From positions 1-43,644 of the IMG/VR virus record IMGVR_UViG_3300048631_000674: a stretch of 43,644 nt of DNA. One strand, 5' to 3'. The notes below the pieces were generated by a model. The model worked only from the letters and a program-made list of their open reading frames with translations. It had not been told where the DNA came from and did no database searches. The position numbers were made by a program, and so were the translations under genes. This DNA comes from a virus. Taxonomy: Duplodnaviria > Caudoviricetes. Numbering within the stretch: the stretch's first letter is position 1; the number at the start of each line of letters is the position of its first letter. Shown one piece after another: positions 25,498 to 35,355 of this stretch.

Positions 25498-26216
25498 ACA
25501 TCTTCAACCACGACGCACACCTCGCAGAAGAGGACGAGCAGCTCTTCGACCATCATCCGAGGAGTTGGCGTAAGAAGAGCGAGCAGGCCGCCGATGATCT
25601 CGTGAGAGACCTGAAGCGGCGAGGCTACCTCGACGACCCTGACCACAGCATCATCGACGACTTCGAGAAGGCCACCAGCACGGTGGCCTTTGTTGCGTCT
25701 GGGGGGCAACTCACGGTGCCAGCGGGAACGCGCGTCGTGGCGCTCGATCCTGATCTCGGCCTGGGCGTCGATGACATCGCCAAGCCTGCGCGCCTCATCT
25801 TCGTGACGGACGCGGAGCTCGTGGTCGCGGATGGGCAGACGGGCACGATCGGCGTCACCGCCGAATTTCCAGGCGCTCCGTACAACGTGGAGGCTGGTTG
25901 GCTCACGGGGCTCGAGGACAACACGCCGGCGAACTTCGCGAGCGTGACCAACGCCTCCGCAGCCTCCGGTGGGATCAACCACCAGCTCACGCGCGTGGCG
26001 ACGTATCGCACGATGGAGCTCGTGATGATGGACCTGATGCGCATGACCGATGATGTGTTCGACGCCAGGCGCAAGATCTACGCGAAGTACTACAAGGACG
26101 AGCTCGAGCGCGTGATCGCCAGCGGCATCAACATCGATACCGATGGCGATGGCGTGGCGAGCGAGGAAGAGAAGGACACGCACGAGCACGGATACATCCG
26201 GCTCCGACGAGGCTAA
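25494..26216 (+). CDS. Head-tail adaptor with inserted baseplate-J-like domain
   Basis: Position; C-terminal ARRKIYAKYY..IDTDGDG; central TVPAGTRV..FVTD..ASVTNASAASGG is shared with gene 35356. Confidence 0.6.
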   Translation: MNIFNHDAHLAEEDEQLFDHHPRSWRKKSEQAADDLVRDLKRRGYLDDPDHSIIDDFEKATSTVAFVASGGQLTVPAGTRVVALDPDLGLGVDDIAKPARLIFVTDAELVVADGQTGTIGVTAEFPGAPYNVEAGWLTGLEDNTPANFASVTNASAASGGINHQLTRVATYRTMELVMMDLMRMTDDVFDARRKIYAKYYKDELERVIASGINIDTDGDGVASEEEKDTHEHGYIRLRRG

Positions 26217-26219
26217 ACG

Positions 26220-26660
26220 ATGCTCGAGGCAGACTTCGACGAGTTCTATCGGATGCTCGACGAGGTGGATGATGCGCTCGAGATCACCAAGGCCGACCTG
26301 GACGAGTGTGCAGATCTGCTCGTGTTTCGCATTCTCGACCGCACCAGGCGCGGCGAGGACATCTACGGGATGCCGTTCGACGCCTATGCCGCCAGGACCA
26401 AGCAATCGAAACGCAATCGTGGGCGCCGCACTTCGCCGGTGACGCTCCAGGACACAGGCCGCATGCTCGCCTCGATGCGCGGGCGCTCGGACGGTGACGT
26501 GGCGCTCGTCTACTTCGCCTCGAGGACCGAGGGCCAGAAGGCCGCGTGGCTCGACGAAGGCACGCGGCACATGCCTGAGCGCCGCTTCATGGACGCCACA
26601 CCTGCTGACCTCGACGCATGCGCTGACGTGCTGCTCGACAGGATTATTGGACGCTTTTGA
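26220..26660 (+). CDS. Virion morphogenesis / neck protein (P2 gpS / Mu gpG-like)
   Basis: GMPFDAYAART, TLQDTGRMLASM and MPERRFM motifs. Confidence 0.75.
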   Translation: MLEADFDEFYRMLDEVDDALEITKADLDECADLLVFRILDRTRRGEDIYGMPFDAYAARTKQSKRNRGRRTSPVTLQDTGRMLASMRGRSDGDVALVYFASRTEGQKAAWLDEGTRHMPERRFMDATPADLDACADVLLDRIIGRF

Positions 26661-27238
26661 CCACCTACGAAACAAGCGCCCGCGAGTCGATGCTCGAAGC
26701 ACTCAAGACCGTGCTCTCGGGGATCGAAGGGGTGAAGTTCGTCTCGCGCCAGGCGATCACCTCCGAGATGGTGAGCGATGCGCAGATGCCCGCGATCCTC
26801 ATCGACGAGACGCTCTCGCGTTACTCGTGGGCCTCACGCTCGGGCAACCGCACGATGGATGTGGGCTGCGTGCTCGGCCTTGAGGTCCAAGTCCGTTCGA
26901 TTCGCGCGAAAGGCAACTCGGTCAGTGAATCGACGGTGCGCGAGCTGCTCGTCAACGAGGTGATCCAGACGCTCGTCCACAACAGCAGGCTCATTTGCCA
27001 GTTGCCTGGTGAGACCGAAGAGCAGGCCCACGCGCGCGACGTGGCGGACCAGTTCTCAGTTCGTTATGTGCCAGGCAACGGCAACACCGCCCGCGCGCTG
27101 ATCACCATCACCGCTGAGTTCACCGCCGTGTTCGACCGGCGCACGAAGACCGAGTGGCAACAGCTCTTTCTCGAGCTCGCCGCTGAGGGCGCTGAAGACG
27201 TGCCCGCTGAAATCGAAATCGACATCACTACCGCATAA
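26657..27238 (+). CDS. Tail terminator / completion protein (probable)
   Basis: Position before the sheath; RESMLEALKTVL..MPAILI. Confidence 0.6.
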   Translation: MTTYETSARESMLEALKTVLSGIEGVKFVSRQAITSEMVSDAQMPAILIDETLSRYSWASRSGNRTMDVGCVLGLEVQVRSIRAKGNSVSESTVRELLVNEVIQTLVHNSRLICQLPGETEEQAHARDVADQFSVRYVPGNGNTARALITITAEFTAVFDRRTKTEWQQLFLELAAEGAEDVPAEIEIDITTA

Positions 27239-27250
27239 GAGGAGGCGCCC

Positions 27251-28804
27251 GTGGGAAACCGCGTTGGAGTCATTACAACCCGCTCGGTCGCTGGACCGTT
27301 GGCGCTTGGGGCTGACCCAGGCGCCATTTTTTTGGTCGCGCTCACCGCCGCTCGAGGGCCGGTCAACGTGCCTACGCTCATCACCTCGATGAGCCGCTTC
27401 GAGTCCGTCTTCGGAGGGCCAACGCCCTACTCCGATGGCACGAGGTATAGCGCTGGATACGAGGTCCTGAAAGCGTTCTTCGCCAAGGGTGGCCGCCGGG
27501 CTTATGTGCTGCGTATCGTCGCGGCTGATGGTCTGCTGGCGGCCGCCAAGACATCGGTCACGCTCGTGGACCGCGCGACCCCAACCCCTCAAGACACCTT
27601 GACCATCAACGCGAAGGGTCCTGGCACCTTCCTCGATGATTGGGACATCGTGATCGCAGCGGGGACGCGGACCAATACGGTCAAGCTCTCCCTCTTGGAT
27701 GACGCGGACCAGGTCGTCGAGGTCTGGGACAACCTCAAGATGAACGACGTGGACCTCGCGCGCGTCAGCGATGGGAGCGACTACATCGAGTTGGTCAACG
27801 AGGGTAGCGCGACCGCTGCTCCCGACAACCTCCCTGCATTGGGGACGACGACCGTCGATGTGGCGACACACGATGGCGAAGACCACAACGCGCCGATCGC
27901 CGCTGACATCGTCGGCACTGACACATCTGGCGTGAAAGTCGGTCTCAAGACATTCCGCTCGCACACCTACGGGTATGGCTGGATCGCGGCGCCGGATATG
28001 GACTCGGACGCCACTGTCATCGCCGAGCTGGTCGAGCAGTCCGAGAGCTACTTCCGCGTCTACATGACCTCCTCGCAAGAAGGCGCATCGGTCGCGACCG
28101 CGAAGACGCAGCGCGCGGCGCTCGATGCTTTCAACGCTGGCTTCTACTACCCGCGCGCCTTGGTCCGTGATGATTTTGCGAATGAGATCAAGGCGATCTC
28201 CCCGGTGGGGCACGTCATCGCCGACTGGCTCAAGGCCCTCGACCGAATCGGGCCTGGCAAAGCACCTGGTGGCGCAGACTTCCGCGTCGACGCTGGTGTC
28301 ATCGCGCTCGAGACGCAGGCCAACGGGATGTCGCTGATCGATGAGGGGGTGGCTGAGGACCTGGTCGCCAACGGCATCAACCCCATCTACGCCAAGGAAA
28401 ACGGCCCTGCGCGGGTCTGGGGTGTGAGGGCTGCGACCGAGGACGCCGCGTGGCAGTACCTCCACGCGGCCTTCTTGTGGTGCATCATCGGGAACCGAGG
28501 CAAGCAGGCGCTCGATCAGGTCGCGCTCGACATCTCCGATGCGCTCTTCTTCGGCCAGGTCGAGCTCGGCCTCTACAACCTCCTCGCCGACCTGCACGAT
28601 CAGCGGGCGTTTCGGGGCTCACTGGTCTCGCCAGGAGAGACCGCGGATCCAGCGATCCACTCGTTCGGTGTGGTCGCGAACGAGTCGTTGCTTTCGGTCG
28701 CGGACAAAGAGAACGGCAACGTCCGAAGCCGCGTCTGGTATCGCCCTGCCGGGGTCGCCGAGACCATCTACCAGGACATCGCGAAGCAGAACGAGGTCGC
28801 CTGA
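27251..28804 (+). CDS. Tail sheath protein
   Basis: RGPVNVPTLITS, AFFAKGGRRAYVLRI, GFYYPR, LVANGINPI and RVWGVR motifs. Confidence 0.92.
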   Translation: MGNRVGVITTRSVAGPLALGADPGAIFLVALTAARGPVNVPTLITSMSRFESVFGGPTPYSDGTRYSAGYEVLKAFFAKGGRRAYVLRIVAADGLLAAAKTSVTLVDRATPTPQDTLTINAKGPGTFLDDWDIVIAAGTRTNTVKLSLLDDADQVVEVWDNLKMNDVDLARVSDGSDYIELVNEGSATAAPDNLPALGTTTVDVATHDGEDHNAPIAADIVGTDTSGVKVGLKTFRSHTYGYGWIAAPDMDSDATVIAELVEQSESYFRVYMTSSQEGASVATAKTQRAALDAFNAGFYYPRALVRDDFANEIKAISPVGHVIADWLKALDRIGPGKAPGGADFRVDAGVIALETQANGMSLIDEGVAEDLVANGINPIYAKENGPARVWGVRAATEDAAWQYLHAAFLWCIIGNRGKQALDQVALDISDALFFGQVELGLYNLLADLHDQRAFRGSLVSPGETADPAIHSFGVVANESLLSVADKENGNVRSRVWYRPAGVAETIYQDIAKQNEVA

Positions 28805-28860
28805 CCTTCGGTGAACCTGCGCGCTGACCTTCACCCTTTCGGATCTACGGAGGACGCCTC

Positions 28861-29280
28861 ATGGATCGATACAGTTCACAGCATGATTCCCTCGTCTACT
28901 TCGCGGAGTTCCCTGGCATCTTCTTCACGACGAAGGAGGGCGGGGAGTCTCAAAACGAAGTCACGCAACAGCACCCTGGTGGGGGTGGTCCTCCCGAGAA
29001 CATCACGGGACCCACCACCGTCACAGCAGTCACCGTCACCAAGCCTCGGGAGGCAGCCGTCGATGGTCCCATCATCGCGTGGGCCAAGGCATGGGACAGG
29101 GGCGTGCGGCGCGAGCTCACGCTCATCGTCCAACCGGTGACGAGCGAGGGCCTCCCGCTCGGTGCGCCTGACGTTTACAAGGGCTGCGCCAAGACCACGC
29201 TCACTCCACGGTCTGTGACCAAGGGGAGCGCGGAGGCGTCCATGCTCTCCATCGCCATCCAGCCGAGGTATCTCGCGTAA
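28861..29280 (+). CDS. Tail tube protein
   Basis: 139 aa after the sheath; FFTTKEGGE, VTVTKP, VYKGC. Confidence 0.8.
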   Translation: MDRYSSQHDSLVYFAEFPGIFFTTKEGGESQNEVTQQHPGGGGPPENITGPTTVTAVTVTKPREAAVDGPIIAWAKAWDRGVRRELTLIVQPVTSEGLPLGAPDVYKGCAKTTLTPRSVTKGSAEASMLSIAIQPRYLA

Positions 29281-29337
29281 GGCGTCCCCACTCTCGAAGA
29301 ACCCCGAACATCCCCACCGGCGAAAGGAGTATTTCGC

Positions 29338-29703
29338 ATGGCTCAGAACACCATCAGCTTCGAACTCTCGCGTGGCTACATCGACACCGAAGGCAACGCA
29401 CACAAGCTCGTCGAACTCCGCGCGCCAACGATCAATGACGAGGTGATCGCGGATCGCAAGCTCGCCATGCTCAGTGCCTCGCAAAACCCTGAGCAGCGCG
29501 CTGAAGGAAACTCCGAGACCCTCTGGGAACTCGAGGTGATGGCTGCGTGCTGCCTCAAGCTCGGGAGCATTATCAAGGTCACCAGCGACCACATCCGACA
29601 ACTCGCCAGGTCTGACGCACGCCTGATGCTCGCGAAGCTCAACGAGGTCGAGGCGAAGCTCATGAAGGCAGAAGCGGCCCCAAACTCATCGAGCGGCGAG
29701 TAA
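29338..29703 (+). CDS. Tail assembly chaperone
   Basis: FELSRGYID.EG..HK.VELRAPTINDE...IRQLARSD; between tube and tape measure. Confidence 0.8.
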   Translation: MAQNTISFELSRGYIDTEGNAHKLVELRAPTINDEVIADRKLAMLSASQNPEQRAEGNSETLWELEVMAACCLKLGSIIKVTSDHIRQLARSDARLMLAKLNEVEAKLMKAEAAPNSSSGE

Positions 29704-29849
29704 GAGCCCTCCAGCTCGCCGCGTTCGGCTTCAACCCCCTCGACGTGATGCAGATGACCCACGCCGAGATTGCTTCCTGGCAGGAAGCGGCGGTGCGCAA
29801 AACGCGGCTGGATCGGGAGGCGGAAACGGAGCTGTTTGGGCTCGAATAA
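29679..29849 (+). CDS. -1 frameshift extension of the tail chaperone (gpE+E'/G-T type)
   Basis: C CCA AAC slippery heptamer at 29679-29685; the -1 frame reads PKLIERRVRALQLAAFGFNPLDVMQMTHAEIASWQEAA...LE to the stop at 29849. Confidence 0.72.
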   Translation, partial: PKLIERRVRALQLAAFGFNPLDVMQMTHAEIASWQEAAVRKTRLDREAETELFGLE

Positions 29850-29873
29850 ACACCCTTGCGTTTGGAAGATTGA

Positions 29874-32042
29874 ATGGCCGTTCGCGAAGCAGAACTCAGA
29901 CTCAAACCCACCATGGGGGACCGTGGTCGACAGGGATTGAGGAGGCTTCGGGATGAAGGACGAAAGGCCAGCCGTGATCTCGAACAAGGGTTCCGCAGAG
30001 CGACGCGGGAAGGCCTCAAGCTCGAGCGGACTTTTGATGCAGTGGGGCGCTCTGCAAACCACGCGAGCAACGCAGCAAGAACGCTCGTCGGTCATGCGCT
30101 AAGCCTGAAAGGGCTCGCGGTGGGACTGGCTGCTGGCGGCGCGGGTAAGACGATCTTCGATTCGATGATCGGCTCCAACGCCACGCTCGAAAGCCAGCGC
30201 ATCACCTTCAATACCATGATGGGGGATGTGGGGAAGGCCACGAAGCTGATGAACCAGCTTCGTGGCTACGCGGCATCGACGCCGTTCGCACAAGGCGACC
30301 TCATCGACGGCTCGAAGAGGCTGCTCAGGCTGACGGGTGAGAACGTCGACCAGAACGTCAAGCTCGTGAAGCTCGCGAGCCAAATGGCCGCGATCAACCC
30401 GGACAAGACGATCTCGGACGCAGCCGAGGCGATCCTCGATGCGGAAGGTCTCGAGTTCGAGCGCTTGAAGGAGTTCGGTCTCAAGCTCAAGAGGGACGAC
30501 CTCAAGAAGATGAAGAAGCGTGGAGAGACCCTCGGTCAAACCGCGCTCCGAGGTGTGGAAGAAGCACTCGCGAAGCAGACGGGTGGGCGCGATGTCGTCG
30601 CAGCGCTCTCGCAGTCCTTCAACGGCAAACTCTCCACCCTCAAGGACAACTTCACCGAAACGATGCGCCTCGCTGGCGAGCCGGCCTTCGAAGTCCTGAA
30701 GGATGGCCTCGATGACATCGGCAAGGACTTCGCGAAGCTCCAATCCGATCCTCAGTTCAAGCAAGACCTGAAGGAGCTCGCGACCTTCACCATGGACATG
30801 GCCAAGGCTTCGGTGCGCCTCGCGCGCGCGCTGCCTGGCGCGATCCGTGACGCGAAGGCGATGGCCGGGGACATCAAGTCCTTCGTCTCCGAGAACAAGA
30901 CATTGCTCGGCCTGGCGGGGGCGGCGTTTGGCGCGCACAAGCTCACGGGCGGAGCGACGACACGCGGTGCCATGTCGCTCGGGAGTCGCCTCCTCTTTGG
31001 CAAGAAGGGCGGTGGCGGTGCAGGCGCGCTCGCCGAGTTCGGTGGAGCTCAACCCGTCTTCGTCGTCAATATGCCTGGTGGCGGCTTGGCGAACGGTGCA
31101 GGGTCCTTCCTCCAACGCAACGCTGGCAAGGCCAGTGGCGCAGCGGGAGCCGCGAGCGGCGCAGCACGTATGGGCGCAGGTGGCGTCCTTCGCTCCATCG
31201 CGAGCCGCGGCTTGGTGGGAGCGCTCGGCGCAGGCCCGGCGGGCGTGATCGCAGGTGGCATCGGCTTCCTTGGTGGCCAGCTCTACGTACTCGGCAAGGT
31301 CACCGAGGGGACATCAAACGCGCTCAAAGGCTTTGAAGAGAAGGCGGATGCAGCTGCGAAGCGACGCGAGGCACGAGAGAACCGGCGAGAACCTGGAGTT
31401 GGGAGGAACCACTTCAAGACGTTGTTCAACGAACGGATGGATCCGTCTGGTAAGCTGAGCAGAATCACCCAGGCCAACGCCGACCGGCTTGACCAGATGT
31501 ATGGGAGCACCTCGCTCCGCAGCTTCAAGGCCAATGCCTTCGCTGCGCTTGGTGGCGCTGATGCCGAGTACACAGGCAGCGACTTTCAGAAGGCTCAGCT
31601 CGCCGCCATCAATCAGCGGCTCGCCAAGCGCGGGCTCAAGATGAACCTGACAAAGGGGGCGGATGTTGGCCAGGCGCTCTTTTCCGGTGGTGAGAGCGTC
31701 ATGGGTGATGAGCTCGCGGGCATCCGCAAGATGCGCAAGTCGCTTGACGAAGATCCCGCCAGGAAGCTCGCCATGGAGCGTTCGGGAGATCTGGCAAAAT
31801 TCCTCGCCATGGAGAAAGCCGCGCTCAACAAAGCAAAGCGCGCCGACGCCATGGCGCAAGGTCTCAACATGGCGGCTGTGGATGCGAGTCTCACGGTAGC
31901 GAGCGGCGCGATCACGGTCTATGTCAACGGTGAGGGGCAGGTCAACGAGGCACGCCTCGCGCTCGAAACGCGGAAGCAACTCGAGGAGTTGCAAAAGCAA
32001 CAGGCTGACCTCGCGGCCATGACTTCAGCGGGAGGCGGATGA
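29874..32042 (+). CDS. Tape measure protein
   Basis: 722 aa Ala/Gly-rich; LRGYAASTPF and SFNGKLSTLKDNF tape-measure motifs. Confidence 0.9.
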   Translation: MAVREAELRLKPTMGDRGRQGLRRLRDEGRKASRDLEQGFRRATREGLKLERTFDAVGRSANHASNAARTLVGHALSLKGLAVGLAAGGAGKTIFDSMIGSNATLESQRITFNTMMGDVGKATKLMNQLRGYAASTPFAQGDLIDGSKRLLRLTGENVDQNVKLVKLASQMAAINPDKTISDAAEAILDAEGLEFERLKEFGLKLKRDDLKKMKKRGETLGQTALRGVEEALAKQTGGRDVVAALSQSFNGKLSTLKDNFTETMRLAGEPAFEVLKDGLDDIGKDFAKLQSDPQFKQDLKELATFTMDMAKASVRLARALPGAIRDAKAMAGDIKSFVSENKTLLGLAGAAFGAHKLTGGATTRGAMSLGSRLLFGKKGGGGAGALAEFGGAQPVFVVNMPGGGLANGAGSFLQRNAGKASGAAGAASGAARMGAGGVLRSIASRGLVGALGAGPAGVIAGGIGFLGGQLYVLGKVTEGTSNALKGFEEKADAAAKRREARENRREPGVGRNHFKTLFNERMDPSGKLSRITQANADRLDQMYGSTSLRSFKANAFAALGGADAEYTGSDFQKAQLAAINQRLAKRGLKMNLTKGADVGQALFSGGESVMGDELAGIRKMRKSLDEDPARKLAMERSGDLAKFLAMEKAALNKAKRADAMAQGLNMAAVDASLTVASGAITVYVNGEGQVNEARLALETRKQLEELQKQQADLAAMTSAGGG

Positions 32043-32560
32043 TGCCTGTGATTCGTGATCTGAGGGCAGCCGTCGAGAGCACCACGGGACTGGCGGAACA
32101 GGCAAGGCTCGAGGCAAGCCAACAGGTTCCTTATCGCACCGTGCTTATCATCGAGTTTGGAGAGACGGGAGATGAATGGCTCGATGTGGTTTTTCCACAC
32201 AATCCCGAAAGCTATGACACCGAATATCAATCGAGGTGGCGCGCTCGTCAGGCTCCCGGCGTACCTCGCGACCTGTCTGACTTTGAAGGTCATGACCCAA
32301 CGACCAGGAGCTTTGTTTGGTTGGGTCAGGCGGAGTCTCCTGATTCGTTCGAAGCGGATGTTTTACTGCCGCTCGAGGCATTGATGGAAGCGATCGAGGA
32401 CAACACCCAGGAGCCTCCCAGGGTCCAACTCATCCAAGGGGTGAACTCCATGAGAGGGCATGCCAGCTCTCTCATGATCCGACGCATCCGAACGGATTCG
32501 AGCGGTAGAGCCACGGTTGCGGAAATATCTTTGACGATTGTGCAGAACGACGACTTTTGA
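32039..32560 (+). CDS. Tail tube initiator / CIS tube-like protein
   Basis: FPHNPESY..W...PG...PPRV...G.ATVAEISLTI. Confidence 0.65.
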   Translation: MMPVIRDLRAAVESTTGLAEQARLEASQQVPYRTVLIIEFGETGDEWLDVVFPHNPESYDTEYQSRWRARQAPGVPRDLSDFEGHDPTTRSFVWLGQAESPDSFEADVLLPLEALMEAIEDNTQEPPRVQLIQGVNSMRGHASSLMIRRIRTDSSGRATVAEISLTIVQNDDF

Positions 32561-33180
32561 AATCCGACTCACCATATGATCGCCTCGGCGCGACGGTCGA
32601 GACTGCGCTCGAGCGAAAGCGCGCGACGATCATCGGCGACGCTTCGATCTTCTATCAGGCCCATCGCGGCCTTGGGGAGTGGCGCGAGTGGCGAGGCATC
32701 CTCGATGAGACCGAGGACACTCCGCCATGGGATCTTCGCGCGCGTGATCAGACACCGAGCAAGCAGCTCCTTCGCGACTTCGAGACCATCGATGGTCTGG
32801 GCGTCGAGGAAGAGAACCTCACGACGGACACGGGCATCCCGCTCGAGCTCGCGTTTGCCTCGCCGGAACTCTCGGGCGAGGGCGAGCTGATCGTCGAGGA
32901 CACCGCGCTCGGAGAATACACGCTGGTTTTCAAAGCACCTGGTGACACGGTGGAGGGGGAGGCGGTCGCGCTCACCGACGCGAGCTGGGAGAACGTCGAT
33001 GATGGCGACCCGGTCGCGCCGCGCGTCCTGCTCGAGAGCGATGGCGCGCGGTTCGCCGTGGACCTCGAGATCTCGCGCGACCTGTGGCTGATCCTTTGGC
33101 TCGGGCGCACGACGCCCGTAACCTTCGCTCCGCGTCTGACACAAGACGAACTGACGCTCCCTGGTGTGACCCTTGGCTAA
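32557..33180 (+). CDS. LysM/gpX-like baseplate protein with insertion
   Basis: GDASIFYQAHRGLGEWREWRGIL..PWDL plus terminal ELTLP resemble a split LysM; position before the hub. Confidence 0.45.
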   Translation: MKSDSPYDRLGATVETALERKRATIIGDASIFYQAHRGLGEWREWRGILDETEDTPPWDLRARDQTPSKQLLRDFETIDGLGVEEENLTTDTGIPLELAFASPELSGEGELIVEDTALGEYTLVFKAPGDTVEGEAVALTDASWENVDDGDPVAPRVLLESDGARFAVDLEISRDLWLILWLGRTTPVTFAPRLTQDELTLPGVTLG

Positions 33181-34177
33181 ACCCTACTTCGTGAACCTCG
33201 CAGGCCGTGTGTATCAGCGAGGGGATGGGGTGTTGCTCGGCGGGGACGTGACGCTCTCGACAGGCAAGCGCGCGAGCAGCGCCTCGATCAACCTGGCGGA
33301 CCCCAGACTCGAACTGCTGAACAGCCTCCCCCTCCCCACCAGAGACACCAAGATCCCGATGGATGTGTGGGTGGGAAGTGGCACGCAGCCCACAAAGATC
33401 TTCTCCGGGTGGGTGAGCCAGCTCGCAGGGGATGAGCCTCCAGGCCGCGTCAGCGTGACAGCCACCGACAAGCTCAAGGGCGCGCGCCGAAAGCAGCGCG
33501 CCAAGGCGATCGCCCAGACTTCGATCGAGCAGCTCGCCAAACGCACGGCGAAGGAACAGGGCCTCACCGCCGACTTCTCGCGCGCGAACGTCAGCGAGCT
33601 TCGCGATCTTGGCCGAGTACTTCAACACGGTGAGACAGATTATGAACTGCTCGAGCGCCTGTGCTCCCTGGTGGGGCATGCGCTGTTCGTGGATGGCGAC
33701 AGGCTGCTCCTGATCGATGACGGCCTCGAGGTCCAGGAAGGAGATGTGGCGCTCGAGCTTCGCCGCGGGGTGAACGTGCGAGGCAACGCGAGCTTCACGA
33801 TCACCGAGCGGCTGCGCATGAACACGCGCCACATCCTCGACTACTCGGGAGAGGTCATCAGCGCTGCGGACGAAGGTGAGGCTGAACTCGCCGCCGTGGA
33901 GCTCGCGCGCACGGGCGTGTCCTCGGTGGATGCCGACGCGCCATCGTTCTCGAAGCAGGCCGCGACCTGGGCGAAGCAGTCGCTCGCGCGCGCCAAGAAG
34001 GTCTTCGAGTGTTCGATCGAGACGGACCTCGAGGAGCTCGTGAAGCCGCGTGATGTGGTCGCGCTCCGAGGCTATGGCCCTCGCTTCTCGGGGCTTTGGC
34101 GCATCGAGCAGGTCAAGCACAAGCTGGCGGGCGTCAGTACGACCACGCTCGAACTTTATAATGGTGGCACTGACTGA
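33173..34177 (+). CDS. Baseplate hub (late control gpD-like)
   Basis: KIFSGWV, QHGETDYELLERL and GPRFSGLWRIEQVKH motifs. Confidence 0.85.
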   Translation: MAKPYFVNLAGRVYQRGDGVLLGGDVTLSTGKRASSASINLADPRLELLNSLPLPTRDTKIPMDVWVGSGTQPTKIFSGWVSQLAGDEPPGRVSVTATDKLKGARRKQRAKAIAQTSIEQLAKRTAKEQGLTADFSRANVSELRDLGRVLQHGETDYELLERLCSLVGHALFVDGDRLLLIDDGLEVQEGDVALELRRGVNVRGNASFTITERLRMNTRHILDYSGEVISAADEGEAELAAVELARTGVSSVDADAPSFSKQAATWAKQSLARAKKVFECSIETDLEELVKPRDVVALRGYGPRFSGLWRIEQVKHKLAGVSTTTLELYNGGTD

Positions 34178-34551
34178 TGGCGGACTTGTTTGGCACAGCG
34201 GGCGTATGGCCTCCGAAGGTGACGAGCGCGGGGCGCCTCGCGCTCGTGTCTGACGAGGACGCGCTCTGGCAAGGGATCGATCAGGTCCTCGAGACACCGC
34301 TCGGGACAAGGCCATTAGACCCCACGTTTGGAGCTCCGCCGGTTGTGCTCGAGCCGATGGGTTCACCGGAAGCGATCGCCTACGCGCTCGGGCGCGCCAT
34401 CGAGAGGAGCGAGCCGAGGGTCAAGGATGTCCGCGTCGACATCCTCCGAGATGACCCGTCCAGCGGCACGCTCGAGCTCCGCATCTGGATCACGCCGATC
34501 GAGAGCAATGTTCCGTTGAATAGAACGTACCCCTTCTACAGGAAGGCGTAG
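34177..34551 (+). CDS. Baseplate wedge gpW/gp25-family protein
   Basis: VLETPLGTRPLDPTFG and AIERSEPRV. Confidence 0.9.
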   Translation: MADLFGTAGVWPPKVTSAGRLALVSDEDALWQGIDQVLETPLGTRPLDPTFGAPPVVLEPMGSPEAIAYALGRAIERSEPRVKDVRVDILRDDPSSGTLELRIWITPIESNVPLNRTYPFYRKA

Positions 34552-34562
34552 AAGGGGTACGT
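34525..34562. terminator. 15-bp perfect inverted repeat between convergent genes
   Basis: ACGTACCCCTTCTAC-N8-GTAGAAGGGGTACGT overlapping the gp25 stop. Confidence 0.65.
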
Positions 34563-34567
34563 GTGGT

Positions 34568-34888
34568 TCAGGATGTTTTTGCGAGCCCTTTGCCTGCTAC
34601 TCCGCCAAGACCAGCAGTCAGGGTGCTCATCAAAACCTTCTCCCAGAAGGCTTGGTTGATACTCGAACCTTCGGTGTAACAACCGAGGAAGACGATACAC
34701 ACAAGGATGATCGCCACATACGCGATCGCGATCGCGCGAAGGTTGCGTTGATAGTCCTTGTGTTTCTGAGCTTCGAGTTCCTGCTCGGCCAACTGGACAG
34801 ACTCAGGTTTTGCCTGGGTCGATTCGACCTTCACATCGCCAGTTGTTCCTGAGCCAAGTATAGAGCTTACATCAAGTTCTTGGGGCAT
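34568..34888 (-). CDS. Two-TM membrane protein (moron)
   Basis: Hydrophobic IAIAYVAIILVCIVFLGC and VLMSTLTAGLGGVAG; starts directly after the RHH stop. Confidence 0.7.
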   Translation of the reverse strand: MPQELDVSSILGSGTTGDVKVESTQAKPESVQLAEQELEAQKHKDYQRNLRAIAIAYVAIILVCIVFLGCYTEGSSINQAFWEKVLMSTLTAGLGGVAGKGLAKTS

Positions 34889-35113
34889 TTAGATCCCTAC
34901 GATTTCTGTCTCCAGATTCTCTCGCTTGGTGCTCACGCCCAGGTGTTTGTGGTCCTTCTTGGCATCCACGGCGACCTTCATCACCGCGATCGCCTTGCGC
35001 ATGACATCGGCCTTGGATGTTCCCAGATCCTCGGCCATCTTTTCGATCAGCTCATTCGCTTCAGGCGTGATGTCCAAGCTCAAACGAATCTTGGGGTTTT
35101 GTGTGGTTGCCAT
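34889..35113 (-). CDS. Ribbon-helix-helix (CopG-like) regulator
   Basis: KIRLSLDITPEANELIEKMAEDLGTSKADVMRKAI; AGGAG SD. Confidence 0.85.
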   Translation of the reverse strand: MATTQNPKIRLSLDITPEANELIEKMAEDLGTSKADVMRKAIAVMKVAVDAKKDHKHLGVSTKRENLETEIVGI

Positions 35114-35355
35114 AGTTTTCTCCTGTTTACAGCTCTCCGGGGTTACTCGGAGAGGAGAGCGTCTGTTGTAACCCGGTCACCTCCTGGCGACCCACGCTCT
35201 TTCCTGCGATCCTTGTTATTCGGTGAACACACGAGGCCGTGCGCAGTTCCACAGTCTAGTGCATCCGAGCGCAAGTGAACACTCGGCGTGAAGGGATTCC
35301 CCCGTCACCTGTTTAAAAAGTAAGTAAGTTTTACTTAAATTCCAACAGAAAAGTT

